Part shown: positions 54,579 through 64,000 of the stretch, piece by piece
How positions within the stretch are numbered: position 1 is the first letter of the stretch
How the letters are laid out: each line of letters starts with the position of its first letter
Assembly (NCBI GenBank): GCA_963841015.1
Contig: CAWJAX010000003.1
Location: 512,001 to 576,000, forward strand
DNA from: an uncultured Methanoregulaceae archaeon
GTDB lineage: Archaea; Halobacteriota; Methanomicrobia; Methanomicrobiales; Methanospirillaceae
DNA: 64,000 nucleotides
Direction of reading: 5' to 3'
Translations under genes and position numbers: made by a program
The notes under the pieces: model-generated
What the model was told of the DNA's origin: nothing
The model's database searches: none
Seen by the model: only the letters and a program-made list of their open reading frames with translations

Positions 54579-57500
54579 ATGCCGGTTTTCGATCAGGAGA
54601 AAGTTGATCGATTAAAACAGATCCTGAGGTGGCATCCACGAGGTATCACCATCTCAGATCTTGCAGCTAAAATGGAAATGAACCGTAACCTGGTAGCAAA
54701 ATATCTTGATATTCTTCTCATTTCCGGGCAGGTTGAGATGCAGGTGATCGGTGCTGCCAAAGTTTACTTTCTCTCTCATCGGGTTCCTATCTCCTCGTTG
54801 CTGGAATTTTCTTCTGACATAGTCATAATTCTTGATAGTGCCCTCACCATTATGCAGGTCAATGAACCGTTGCTCGTTGTAGTGAAAGGAAAGAAAGAAG
54901 ATTTCGCTGGCAGGAATATCAGAGAAATAGATCATCCCTTTCTCAAGGCAATTCCAATAACAGCATTTTCCAGCAAAACCGATCCTGCCCAGAATCAGGT
55001 ACAACAGTTTGAATGCACGATGGATGGGGAGAAAGACTATTACAAATTAAAACGGTTACAAACCGCGTTTGAAGACGGGAGCCAGGGTATTACCCTCATC
55101 ATCGAAGATATCACAACCCAGGTCACGCACCAGAAGACGCTGGAGCTCAGCGAGGCAAAATATCGTGGGATCGTAGAGGACCAGACCGAGTTTATCACAA
55201 GATTCCTTCCGGATGGGACGCTTGTTTTTGTCAATGATGCATACGCCCGCTACCTTGGCAAGGAAAAGGAGGAGCTCCTTGGGGGGCTGTATATACCCGA
55301 TATTGAGAGTGAGGATAGAACAACCCCTCACCAGTGCATCCAGTCACTGGATATGAACAACCCGGTTCAAACCTTTGAATGCAGGATCCATCATTCATGC
55401 GGGCAGGTCCGGTGGAATCTCTGGACCGTGCGTGCGTTGTTTGATGAGAACCAGAAACCCATCGAATATCAGGCAATAGGTAAAGACAACACAGAGAAGC
55501 GTGAAGCCGCAACGAGGATTAACCAGTATATCAGGGATATGGAATTCCTCACCCGGAAAGCACAGGAGTTCGTTGAGATATCTCCTGACGCCGATATTTT
55601 TCAGGCAATCGGGCAGAGCATTTCCGAAATTATTCCTGACGCACTCATTACGGTGAATTCAATTGATGTACAATCTGACACTCTCACCATCAGAGCAGTC
55701 CTGCCCGAACGGGATCGGGAATCTCTTAAAAAATACATTGGAAAAGACCTGCTGGGATTCCGGTTCAATATCAGTGCAATGCCAGAACACCATAAGATCC
55801 ATTTTTTCAACACACAACAGGCAGGAAAATTAGTACGTGTTGAAGAAAACCTGCACACGATTTTTTTTCAGCAGATTTCACAGGATTCCTGTGATATGAT
55901 CAAGCAGGGGCTCAACCTGGGAGAGAGCATTTACACCATCGGATTGATGCGGCACGGGATACTATTCGGGAATGTGTCGTTTTCACCCAGAAAAGGAGAA
56001 ACCTTAACCAGCTCATCAATTATTGAAACGTTTGTCCGTCAGGCATCCATTGTATTGCACCGGAGATTCACAGATAAGGCACTTAAGGCAAGTGAACAAC
56101 GTTACCGGAGTGTTATAGAAAACATTCAGGACGTTTTTTACCGTTCCGATCCAGCAGGAAATCTTATCATGGCAAGCCCCAGCTGGGCAGCGCTGCTCGG
56201 ATATGATTCGCTTGAAGACTGCATCGGGTACAATATCGCCGAAAAATTCTATTTTGAGCCGCATCGCCGAAAAGAATTCCTCGATTCTGTATACCGGAAT
56301 GGATCAGTAAGCGATTATGAAGTTGTTTTAAAACGCAAAGATGGCAGTCCCGTGTATGTCTCAACCAACAGTCACCTGTATTATGATCACAGGGGGGAAT
56401 TACTTGGCGTTGAAGGAATTTTCCGGGATATAAGTGAACGTCATGCAGCAGCGGAAAAAATTCAGAATTATATCACTACCCTCAGGGAAAGTGAAGAGAT
56501 TTTTTCAAGTGTAGCGCAATATGCGCCATTTCCTATTGCAATCGTTGAATCCGATGGTTCGTATCGGTACATAAATCAGAAATTCGTTGAAACCTTCGGG
56601 TATGATCTGAACGATTTTAAAACCGGAAGAGTCTGGTTTTCCCTTGCATATCCGGATCCGATCTACCGTAAAAAAGTCATTGACACATGGAAATCGGATC
56701 TTGAAGCATCGGAATCCGGTATCGAAAGACCGGAGAGATTTTCCGTACGATGTAAAAATGGTGCTGACCGCGAAATCGTTTTCCATCCGGTTTCACTCTC
56801 TGACAAGAAACAATGTATTGTATACGAAGATCTCACGGATCAGTATCAGGCAGCACGAATGGAGAGACTGCTCTCGTTGATTGTTGAGACTACCTCAGAT
56901 GCGATTACCGGAGAAAAGACTGATGGAACAATTATCAGCATGAACCCGGCTGCAGAGTACCTGTACGGGTATTCAAAAGAAGAGGCTCATTGGTCACAAT
57001 ATCTCCCAGATCATCCCCCCAGATCGACTGGATGAAAGCAACCGGATTTTTGAACGAATCCATAAACGGGAAGCAATCAAGAATATTGAGACACTTCGGA
57101 TGAATAAGGAAGGCAGGGTCATTGAGGTTGAATTAACCATTTCTCCCATAACCGATGAGAATGGCATGGTTATTGGTGCTTCCACTATTGCCCGGGATAT
57201 CTCGTTGAAAAAATCTGAAGAGCGTTTACGGGAAAGTGAGGAAAAATACCGCACTCATGTTGAAAATATGAATGTAGGTATTTACCGAAGTACGGGGGAT
57301 CCCAGGGGCAGGTTTGTGTGGGGGAATTCCTCGCTCGTGGAAATCTTAGGATACCCCTCTTTTGAAACACTCAAGCAGATTGCTGTAACCGATATCTTCA
57401 CCGAGCCTGATGGAAGAAAAAACCTTCTTGAGGACCTCAAGCGGTTTGGATTTGTGCAGAACAGGGAGATCTCTATGAAACGGGCAGACGGAGCCCGGAT

Positions 57501-58533
57501 ATGTGTCAGTGTCACAGCACTTGCGAAGTTTGAGCCGGACGGCAAAATTGAATTTATCAACGGAATAGTCGAGGATGTTACCCGGAAAAAAGAGATCGTA
57601 CCACAACTTCAGAAATTCAGGTATGAACTGGTGGATCTTGTCGGGTGTTTACCGGATCCGACATTTGTTGTCAGTGATGAACACAAGGTTATTGCATGGA
57701 ATGCTGCAATGGAACAGATGACCGGGGTCAGTAATAATGAAATTATCGGATCTGAAGAGTTTGAACACGCATTTCCAAAAAATATCTCTTCCCGCTCGGT
57801 CTTCGTTGATCTGATTACTCTCATCGATGCAGCTGATAATGAAATTGGAAAGCATGATCCTCAAATAACAAGGCAAGGATCCTCGCTTGTCGCAGAAGGT
57901 TATTTCCCTCAACTGTATTCGGGCAGGGGTTCGTACGTCTTGGCAACGGCTTCACCGCTCATTGGCCCTGATGGCGGAAGGATGGGAGTAATCGAAGTTA
58001 TCCGCGATATTTCACAGGTAATGGAACTCGGTCAGATGCTGAAAAACAAAAAGACGGGATGCATTCCAGGAACTGATTTGGAGATTTACATTCCTGATGC
58101 TGCGTATCCGGTTTTTCCTGATCATGATTCAATAAAAACTCCAGGACTGTTAAGCCCAAACTACCTGTCCCTTGCCCTGAAAATGGCGCGGGATTTTATA
58201 GCAATTCTCGATCAATCCGGTAAATTTGTCTGGGCAAATGATGCGCTGGCCGGTGCAGTGAATGCAGGAAGCTGCAATGATCTGGCGGGTAAGAGTATCG
58301 CACTCTATATCGCACCAGAATTTCGTAAAATGGCATTGGACTCCCTCGGAGAAGTCAAAAAAAACGGGCATAAAACCGTACCCTTCATGATGCTATCATC
58401 GTCCGGGAGAGTTCAGGTTGAAGCAAATATTTCTGCGATTACCACAGAAGAAGGCGATCTTTTCGGCTATATGGCAATCGCACGACATGTCGAAGGAAAA
58501 AAATCGAAAAATCACATTGATGACAAAAAGTGA
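54579..58533 (+). CDS. Large N-terminal wHTH plus multi-PAS/GAF sensor; +1 frameshift near 56985
   Basis: HPRGITISDLA...NRN.VAKYL..L HTH and many PAS units; the frames join at KEE/LIGHNIS. No HisKA or HATPase motifs seen. Confidence 0.85.
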
Positions 58534-58714
58534 TAAAAGGGACTCAGGAGCATTTTTTATCGACCGATTCGTGTGTAGGTTTATATGCTTTCAATCTTTT
58601 TTTAATCAATGGATTGATTTTTTGTTAATAACTCAAAATATTTTGTTTTTTTCATTTTAATTAGTTATAAATTATTTTTTTTTAAAAGTAAAATTTATAT
58701 AGTATAAAAGTAAT

Positions 58715-58969
58715 ATGCACGTGAGTATGGTTCTGTATCCGGCACCCAACGTCAAATCGGTTTCCCGGTTTGATCAATTCCTCTGCCAGGGACTGTTTCA
58801 TATTACGGGTAAAGAAATATCAGCAGACAGCATTTCAGGAAACCATGATCTGATACCCTGTATCTCAAATCAGCTTGCCAGAGAGACCGGTATTGATTCG
58901 TGTGATATTGCACAATGGATTTCACGCTCACTGAAAGAATACTGGGCCGAAGTCGGGTCAGCCGGATGA
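58715..58969 (+). CDS. Small hypothetical protein, tandem paralog 1
   Basis: KSVSRFDQFLCQGL.HITG...LARETG.DSCDIAQWIS.SLKEYW shared with the next ORF. Confidence 0.75.
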   Translation: MHVSMVLYPAPNVKSVSRFDQFLCQGLFHITGKEISADSISGNHDLIPCISNQLARETGIDSCDIAQWISRSLKEYWAEVGSAG

Positions 58970-59166
58970 ATCACTTTTTTGAAATCGTGAATACAGCAGC
59001 ACAATCACCTTTAAAGAATCAGAATATCCTGCCTGCAGGTACGACCCGGTAATCGCATTCATGACAGTTTTACCGGGTCGCGAATATCTTTTTAAAAATA
59101 CCCGGGAATGGTGGTGAGATTGAATTGCAGCTTCACTACTTTTTATTAAGAATGAATCATAAATAT

Positions 59167-59427
59167 ATGAGAATGGTACGTTCTCCGTTACCCCGGGTCA
59201 AATCTGTTTCCCGGTTCGATCAATTCCTCTGCCAGGGTCTATCTCATATTACGGGTGAAGAAGTATCGATGGATACTATTTCCAATAACCGTGATCTGAT
59301 TTCCTGTATCTCTTATAAACTTGCCCGTGAGACCGGTCTTGATTCATGTGATATTGCACAATGGATTTCAGGATCATTAAAAGAATACTGGATTGAAATC
59401 GGGTCAGCGAGATCAACCGCTCATTGA
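59167..59427 (+). CDS. Small hypothetical protein, tandem paralog 2
   Basis: Paralog of 58715-58969. Confidence 0.75.
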   Translation: MRMVRSPLPRVKSVSRFDQFLCQGLSHITGEEVSMDTISNNRDLISCISYKLARETGLDSCDIAQWISGSLKEYWIEIGSARSTAH

Positions 59428-59686
59428 ATTCCTGTACCTGTTCAAAAGACAGGAGTATCTTGAAAGAGTCAGAAGATTCTCTGATTATCCGTAAGGTAAT
59501 ATCCTGTCTGCTGAATTATTGTTTTGGACAAAACAGGTAATTCATTGAGAAATGAGTAAAATTTTTGTTCTTACAAAATTTTACAAAATATCAATTAGTT
59601 TCTTTTAACTTTTATCTTGTATTCATAATAAAGGTTAAATAAAAATAATATAAATTTAATAATATTATATTAGTATATATAAAAAT

Positions 59687-60562
59687 TTATTCTGCAGGAA
59701 CAAATCCATTGTTTCTGCGTATAATGAATCCCTCCTCTTCAAGAGCGGAAAGCATCCTTTGTACCCGATACGGATCTTCACCAACGCAACCGATGATCTC
59801 CTCCACTCCAAGGAGTTTATGTTTCAGTAATAATTTCAGGATGGTACCACGAATTTTCCGGTCTGATCCTTCGAAAGGAGACTGCCGGGTATAATGAACG
59901 CTTCGCCGGTTCGGATTGGGAATCGTCTTTTTAAGTGCTGTGCCCAGATCCATCAGCGCCCAGTACCAGACACGGGGATTTTCACGGTATAATGCTTTTT
60001 TCACAAGCGGGAGGATCTCTGCATCATGTACCAAGTCTGTGTCATTAAAGAAAAAGTGAATAAAAACCCTGCGAATATTGGTCTCAATGAAGACAACGGG
60101 AATATTGAACGCGAATGCTGCAATGGACGAAGCAGTCGCCCTGCCAATACCGGGAAATGTTGCCAGAATATCCACATCAGCCGGAAGAATACCGTCGTAT
60201 TCGTTCATGACCCTGATAGCACATTTCTGTAACGCGATCGCCCGCCGGTTATAGCCAAGACCCTGCCAGACCGTGAGTACATTTGCTAAAGGTGCAGTCG
60301 CAAGTGATGCAAAGTCCGGGAATGCACGAATAAATTCCGGAAATTTTGCAGTGACCCGCTCTACCTGGGTCTGCTGGAGCATAATCTCCGACACGAGGAT
60401 CTGATACGGATCTGTGGTGTTTCGCCAGGCCATGTCCCGACCGTACTGCTCATAATGTGACAGTACCATCTGCCGGAACGCCAGAATGCCCTCATGGGAA
60501 CTATCATCGCGGGAAAATTGAGGTCCGCTCGTATCCAGCGTTTCCTGTTCTGAGTTTTTCAT
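59687..60562 (-). CDS. mutY: A/G-specific adenine glycosylase, short form without Fe-S cluster
   Basis: WR...PY.I.VSEIMLQQTQV, W.GLGY..RA and HhH PGIG..TA motifs; no CxxxxxxCxxC motif. Confidence 0.85.
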   Translation of the reverse strand: MKNSEQETLDTSGPQFSRDDSSHEGILAFRQMVLSHYEQYGRDMAWRNTTDPYQILVSEIMLQQTQVERVTAKFPEFIRAFPDFASLATAPLANVLTVWQGLGYNRRAIALQKCAIRVMNEYDGILPADVDILATFPGIGRATASSIAAFAFNIPVVFIETNIRRVFIHFFFNDTDLVHDAEILPLVKKALYRENPRVWYWALMDLGTALKKTIPNPNRRSVHYTRQSPFEGSDRKIRGTILKLLLKHKLLGVEEIIGCVGEDPYRVQRMLSALEEEGFIIRRNNGFVPAE

Positions 60563-60686
60563 GGTTATAAAAAGTCCGGTTAATAATTTCAGACCCGATC
60601 CCTACCGTATGATCCTATCTGCTCATAATTGTTCAGGCATAGCAACAACGATAAAAGGGCGGGTGTAGTGCAAAAATTACAGTCAC

Positions 60687-62486
60687 TCATGTGCGCTTAA
60701 ACATAGTATCAAGATCGGTCCGGCTGAACCTGAGCATCGTTGGTCTTCCATGGGGGCAGGTGAACGGATTTTTTGCAAACCGTATCTGGTGTATCAGGCG
60801 CAGGCATTGTTCCCGTGTACAGACGGTACCCGCTTTTATTGCACCACGGCATGCAATGACCCGGGTGATTCTTTCCCGGGTGTTTACTGAACGAACTGCT
60901 TCTTCACTTACAAGATCACTCACCATCTCATCAATCATGGTCGTATCTTCCAGTTTACCCAGAACAACCGGGATTGCCCGGACAAGAAAGGTATCCCTGC
61001 CAAATTCCTCAAGAATAAATCCTTCCTGTGCAAGGGCAGGTATAAGATCGCGAAGGATTGCCGTCTCCTGCAGGGTCCGGTGCAGGATAACCGGAACGAG
61101 CAGCTCCTGTGAGCGGTGATCCCCTTCGGTTCGTGCGATGACCTGTTCGTACAGGATACGCTCATGTACGGCATGCTGGTCAATAATCACCAGTTCACCG
61201 GTATCCGTTGTTGCGAGGATATAGATCCCACCCAACTGACCAATAACCTCCATGACCGGGAGTTTCGCATCGACCGGTACCATGCCGGTCGGCAGTTCGG
61301 TCTGCCGAAGCTGGCGGTCAGTCATGACAGTACCTGCATGGAGTGCTTCACTGATTCCGTACGGTGCCGTTGGAGTGAAGTCATAGCCCGGGTCGGGAAC
61401 GGTTGCAGTTTTCCTGCCGGATTCCTCCAAATATATTTGCGAGGGGGCAGCTGCATCGGGAATCAAATCATTGCTGAGCAATGCAGTTTTTACTGCTTCG
61501 CTCATTGCCCGGGCGATCTCGTTTTCCCGGGAGAGCCGCACCAGTTTTTTTGTCGGGTGCACATTTACATCGACCAGTCCGGTATCAATCTCTAGGCTGA
61601 GGAAGGCAAGGGGGAACCGCTCTTTTGCGAGCAGAGTGCCATACCCCTCCCTGACGGCGCCGGTGACTACTGTCGAAGATACATAGCGCTGATTGATCGC
61701 TATCATTATCCGGGATGTATCCTTTCGGGATAGTGATGGGCGTGAGGTGTATCCGGAAATCTTCATGAAGGGAAGTGAAAGATTCACCGGAATAAGATCC
61801 TTTACAACATCACTCCCGTAGATACGGGCAATGGTGTCGAGAATCCGGGATGATCGATCCGTTACGAGCTGCTCATGCTGATTGGAATACAACCGGAATG
61901 ATATCCCGGGATGGGCGAGGCAGATGCCTTCCAGAATCGCGTGGATATGTGCAGTCTCAGTATTTTTACTCTTCTGGAACTTTTTTCGTGCCGGGGTATT
62001 ATAGAAAAGATCTTCGACCAGCACACTGGTTCCTTCCGGAGCCCCGGTCTCTCCCGTCTCCTGAATTTGTCCCCCCTCAACAAGCACCCTCGTTCCAATA
62101 ACTTCCCCTGCATTCCGAAGCCGGGTTGTCAGCGTGACTCTCGACACAGCAGCGATGCTGGCAAGAGCTTCTCCGCGGAACCCAAGAGTGTGAATTTTAT
62201 GGAGATCATCGATCCGGGAAATTTTGCTCGTTGCATGGGGAGTGAATGCAAGCACAGCATCGGCAGGAGACATACCGGATCCGTCGTCGATGATACGAAT
62301 ACTCAGAATTTCTTTTGCAGACGAGGTAATATCTATCCGGATTGAGCGGGCTCCGGCATCGATTGCATTTTCCACCAGCTCTTTTACAACAGATGCAGGA
62401 CGTTCGACTACCTCACCGGCAGCAATCTGGTTAACGGTTGCCTGATCAAGGATGTGGATAGCAGAAACAGTATTCCGGGACTTCAT
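60687..62486 (-). CDS. mutL: DNA mismatch repair protein MutL
   Basis: IAAGEVVERP, GFRGEAL, DVNVHP, DQHA.HERI.YE, ACR and CPHGRP motifs. Confidence 0.96.
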   Translation of the reverse strand: MKSRNTVSAIHILDQATVNQIAAGEVVERPASVVKELVENAIDAGARSIRIDITSSAKEILSIRIIDDGSGMSPADAVLAFTPHATSKISRIDDLHKIHTLGFRGEALASIAAVSRVTLTTRLRNAGEVIGTRVLVEGGQIQETGETGAPEGTSVLVEDLFYNTPARKKFQKSKNTETAHIHAILEGICLAHPGISFRLYSNQHEQLVTDRSSRILDTIARIYGSDVVKDLIPVNLSLPFMKISGYTSRPSLSRKDTSRIMIAINQRYVSSTVVTGAVREGYGTLLAKERFPLAFLSLEIDTGLVDVNVHPTKKLVRLSRENEIARAMSEAVKTALLSNDLIPDAAAPSQIYLEESGRKTATVPDPGYDFTPTAPYGISEALHAGTVMTDRQLRQTELPTGMVPVDAKLPVMEVIGQLGGIYILATTDTGELVIIDQHAVHERILYEQVIARTEGDHRSQELLVPVILHRTLQETAILRDLIPALAQEGFILEEFGRDTFLVRAIPVVLGKLEDTTMIDEMVSDLVSEEAVRSVNTRERITRVIACRGAIKAGTVCTREQCLRLIHQIRFAKNPFTCPHGRPTMLRFSRTDLDTMFKRT

Positions 62487-62488
62487 GG

Positions 62489-64000
62489 TTATTCTTCCTT
62501 ATTTTCCAGCATTTTACGTAACCCGGCAATCTTTGCAAGTGCCTGAAGGGGAGTCATCTCGTCCGGTCTGATGCTGGCAAGTTCGACAAGTGCCGGGTGC
62601 TGTGTTGCTGTTGTTGTGTTTTCATTATCGAATAAAAGGATCTGGGTGTACCGCTGGGGACGGGTGCCGGTCGGGACATCGCGGTTCATGGTTTCGGTAA
62701 GAATACTCCCTGCACGCTCGGTCACTTTTTTCGGGATACCGGCAAGACGGGCGACATGAATCCCATAGCTTTTATCGGTTGCACCAGGAATGAGTTTTCG
62801 CAGGAAGACCACTTCATTTTTTGTCTCTTTTACCGCGAAATGATAGTTTTTGACCCTTTTAAGCTCGCCTTCCACCTCAACAAGTTCATGAAAGTGTGTG
62901 GCAAAAAGGGTCTTTGGCCCGGCACCTGCCCGTCCATGAAGATATTCGAGCACTGCTTTTGCAATCGAGCATCCGTCTACGGTGCTGGTCCCCCTGCCGA
63001 TCTCATCGAGGATCACGAGACTCTTTGCGGTAACATTATTGAGAATATTGGCCAGTTCGAGCATCTCTACAAAAAATGTACTCTGTCCGCTTGCGAGATC
63101 GTCAAAGGCACCAACTCGGGTGAATATGCGATCAAGAATGCCAATACTCGCATGCCGGGCCGGAACAAAACTTCCTGCCTGGGCCATGATACAGATGAGC
63201 GCTACTGCCCGCATGTACGTGGACTTTCCAGCCATATTTGCTCCCGTGATGATCATCACCTGAATGCCGGAACTGGCAAGTTCGGTGTCGTTGGGGACGA
63301 AATTTCCACAAACACCCCGTTCGACGACAGGATGGCGTCCGTCACGGATAATAATCGCATCGCTGGTGTTCAGCTGGGGGCGTATGTAGTCACGGGTCTG
63401 GGCAATCTCAGCAAGTGCGGTGGAAACATCAAGGACAGCAATGCCACGGGCAATTGCCTGAAGATCGGGTACAGCAATTCGAAGTACTTCGACAAGTCCG
63501 GTATAGAGTTCACGCTCAAGAGCCAGGACACGCTCATCAGCATGGGTAATGAGAGTCTCCTTCTCCTGCAGCTCAGGAAGCGTATAACGCTCACCTGTAG
63601 CTGTTGTCTGACGGCGCTGGTAATGGGGCGGTACGAGATGAAGGTTCGGTTTTGTTATGTCAATGAAATAACCAAAAATCCTGTTATACCCGATCTTGAG
63701 AGATTTAATGCCGGTCTGTTCCCGCTCTTTTTGCTGGAGCTCGACAATCCAGTCTTTTCCTGAATGCAGGACCCCTTTGATTTCATCCAGTTCTTTTGAA
63801 TACCCTGGCCGTATTACTCCACCATTGCGTGCAATCGGGGGGGGTTCATCAACTAAAGCACTCTTTATAAGATTGATACTACCGGGCAGATCACGGAGCT
63901 CCTGCAGGGCATTGATGATATGCTGAGGGATGGCAACGGTTCGGCAATCCTGTATCGTATACCTGATTTCCGGAAGAGCTGAAAGTGATTCTGCAAGCGC
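62489..64000 (-). CDS. mutS: DNA mismatch repair protein MutS (3' part; runs off the window)
   Basis: GRHPVVE, TGANMAGKST, STFFVEM, DEIGRGTS and SYGIHVA motifs; frame open to position 64000. Confidence 0.96.
   Translation of the reverse strand, partial: ALAESLSALPEIRYTIQDCRTVAIPQHIINALQELRDLPGSINLIKSALVDEPPPIARNGGVIRPGYSKELDEIKGVLHSGKDWIVELQQKEREQTGIKSLKIGYNRIFGYFIDITKPNLHLVPPHYQRRQTTATGERYTLPELQEKETLITHADERVLALERELYTGLVEVLRIAVPDLQAIARGIAVLDVSTALAEIAQTRDYIRPQLNTSDAIIIRDGRHPVVERGVCGNFVPNDTELASSGIQVMIITGANMAGKSTYMRAVALICIMAQAGSFVPARHASIGILDRIFTRVGAFDDLASGQSTFFVEMLELANILNNVTAKSLVILDEIGRGTSTVDGCSIAKAVLEYLHGRAGAGPKTLFATHFHELVEVEGELKRVKNYHFAVKETKNEVVFLRKLIPGATDKSYGIHVARLAGIPKKVTERAGSILTETMNRDVPTGTRPQRYTQILLFDNENTTTATQHPALVELASIRPDEMTPLQALAKIAGLRKMLENKEE

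Noticed and set aside
62489-63259. Apparently truncated mutS ORF
   Set aside because: The frame stays open to 64000; the short call reflects the window edge and lack of an internal start codon.
1-64000. CRISPR arrays, tRNA/rRNA, integrase, transposase or defence genes
   Set aside because: None recognisable in the sequence or the ORF track.

Overview
Chromosomal window from a hydrogenotrophic methanogen, most likely Methanomicrobiales (Methanoregula-like). The assignment is an inference from F420-type FdhAB, PEGA surface proteins, TATA promoters, GGAGG/GGTGA ribosome-binding sites and T-rich terminators. About 0.2-41.8 kb is an accessory-looking cluster of membrane and envelope genes: PPK2, a P-type ATPase, MscS, an MFS transporter, SulP, a VIT1-like protein, AI-2E, NhaP, two ion channels, cardiolipin synthase, DUF2252, DUF2254, HdeD/DUF308 x3, YqhA x2, DUF1269/DUF6325-like x3, SHOCT x2, PEGA x2, META and YIP1. 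It includes a duplicated three-gene cassette, a pair of unannotated ~30-aa Lys-rich microproteins, a DszB-like hydrolase next to a rhodanese, a structured dispersed repeat, and several gene scars. The rest is core-like: an anaerobic cobalamin operon (cbiT-L-F-G-H-C-D-E), fdhAB, a ferritin-like protein, a large HTH-multiPAS sensor followed by two small paralogs, and mutS-mutL-mutY (MutY lacks the Fe-S cluster). Nine genes carry a single +1 insertion, probably long-read errors. No rRNA, tRNA, CRISPR array or transposase was seen. Family calls come from motif recognition, not from database searches.
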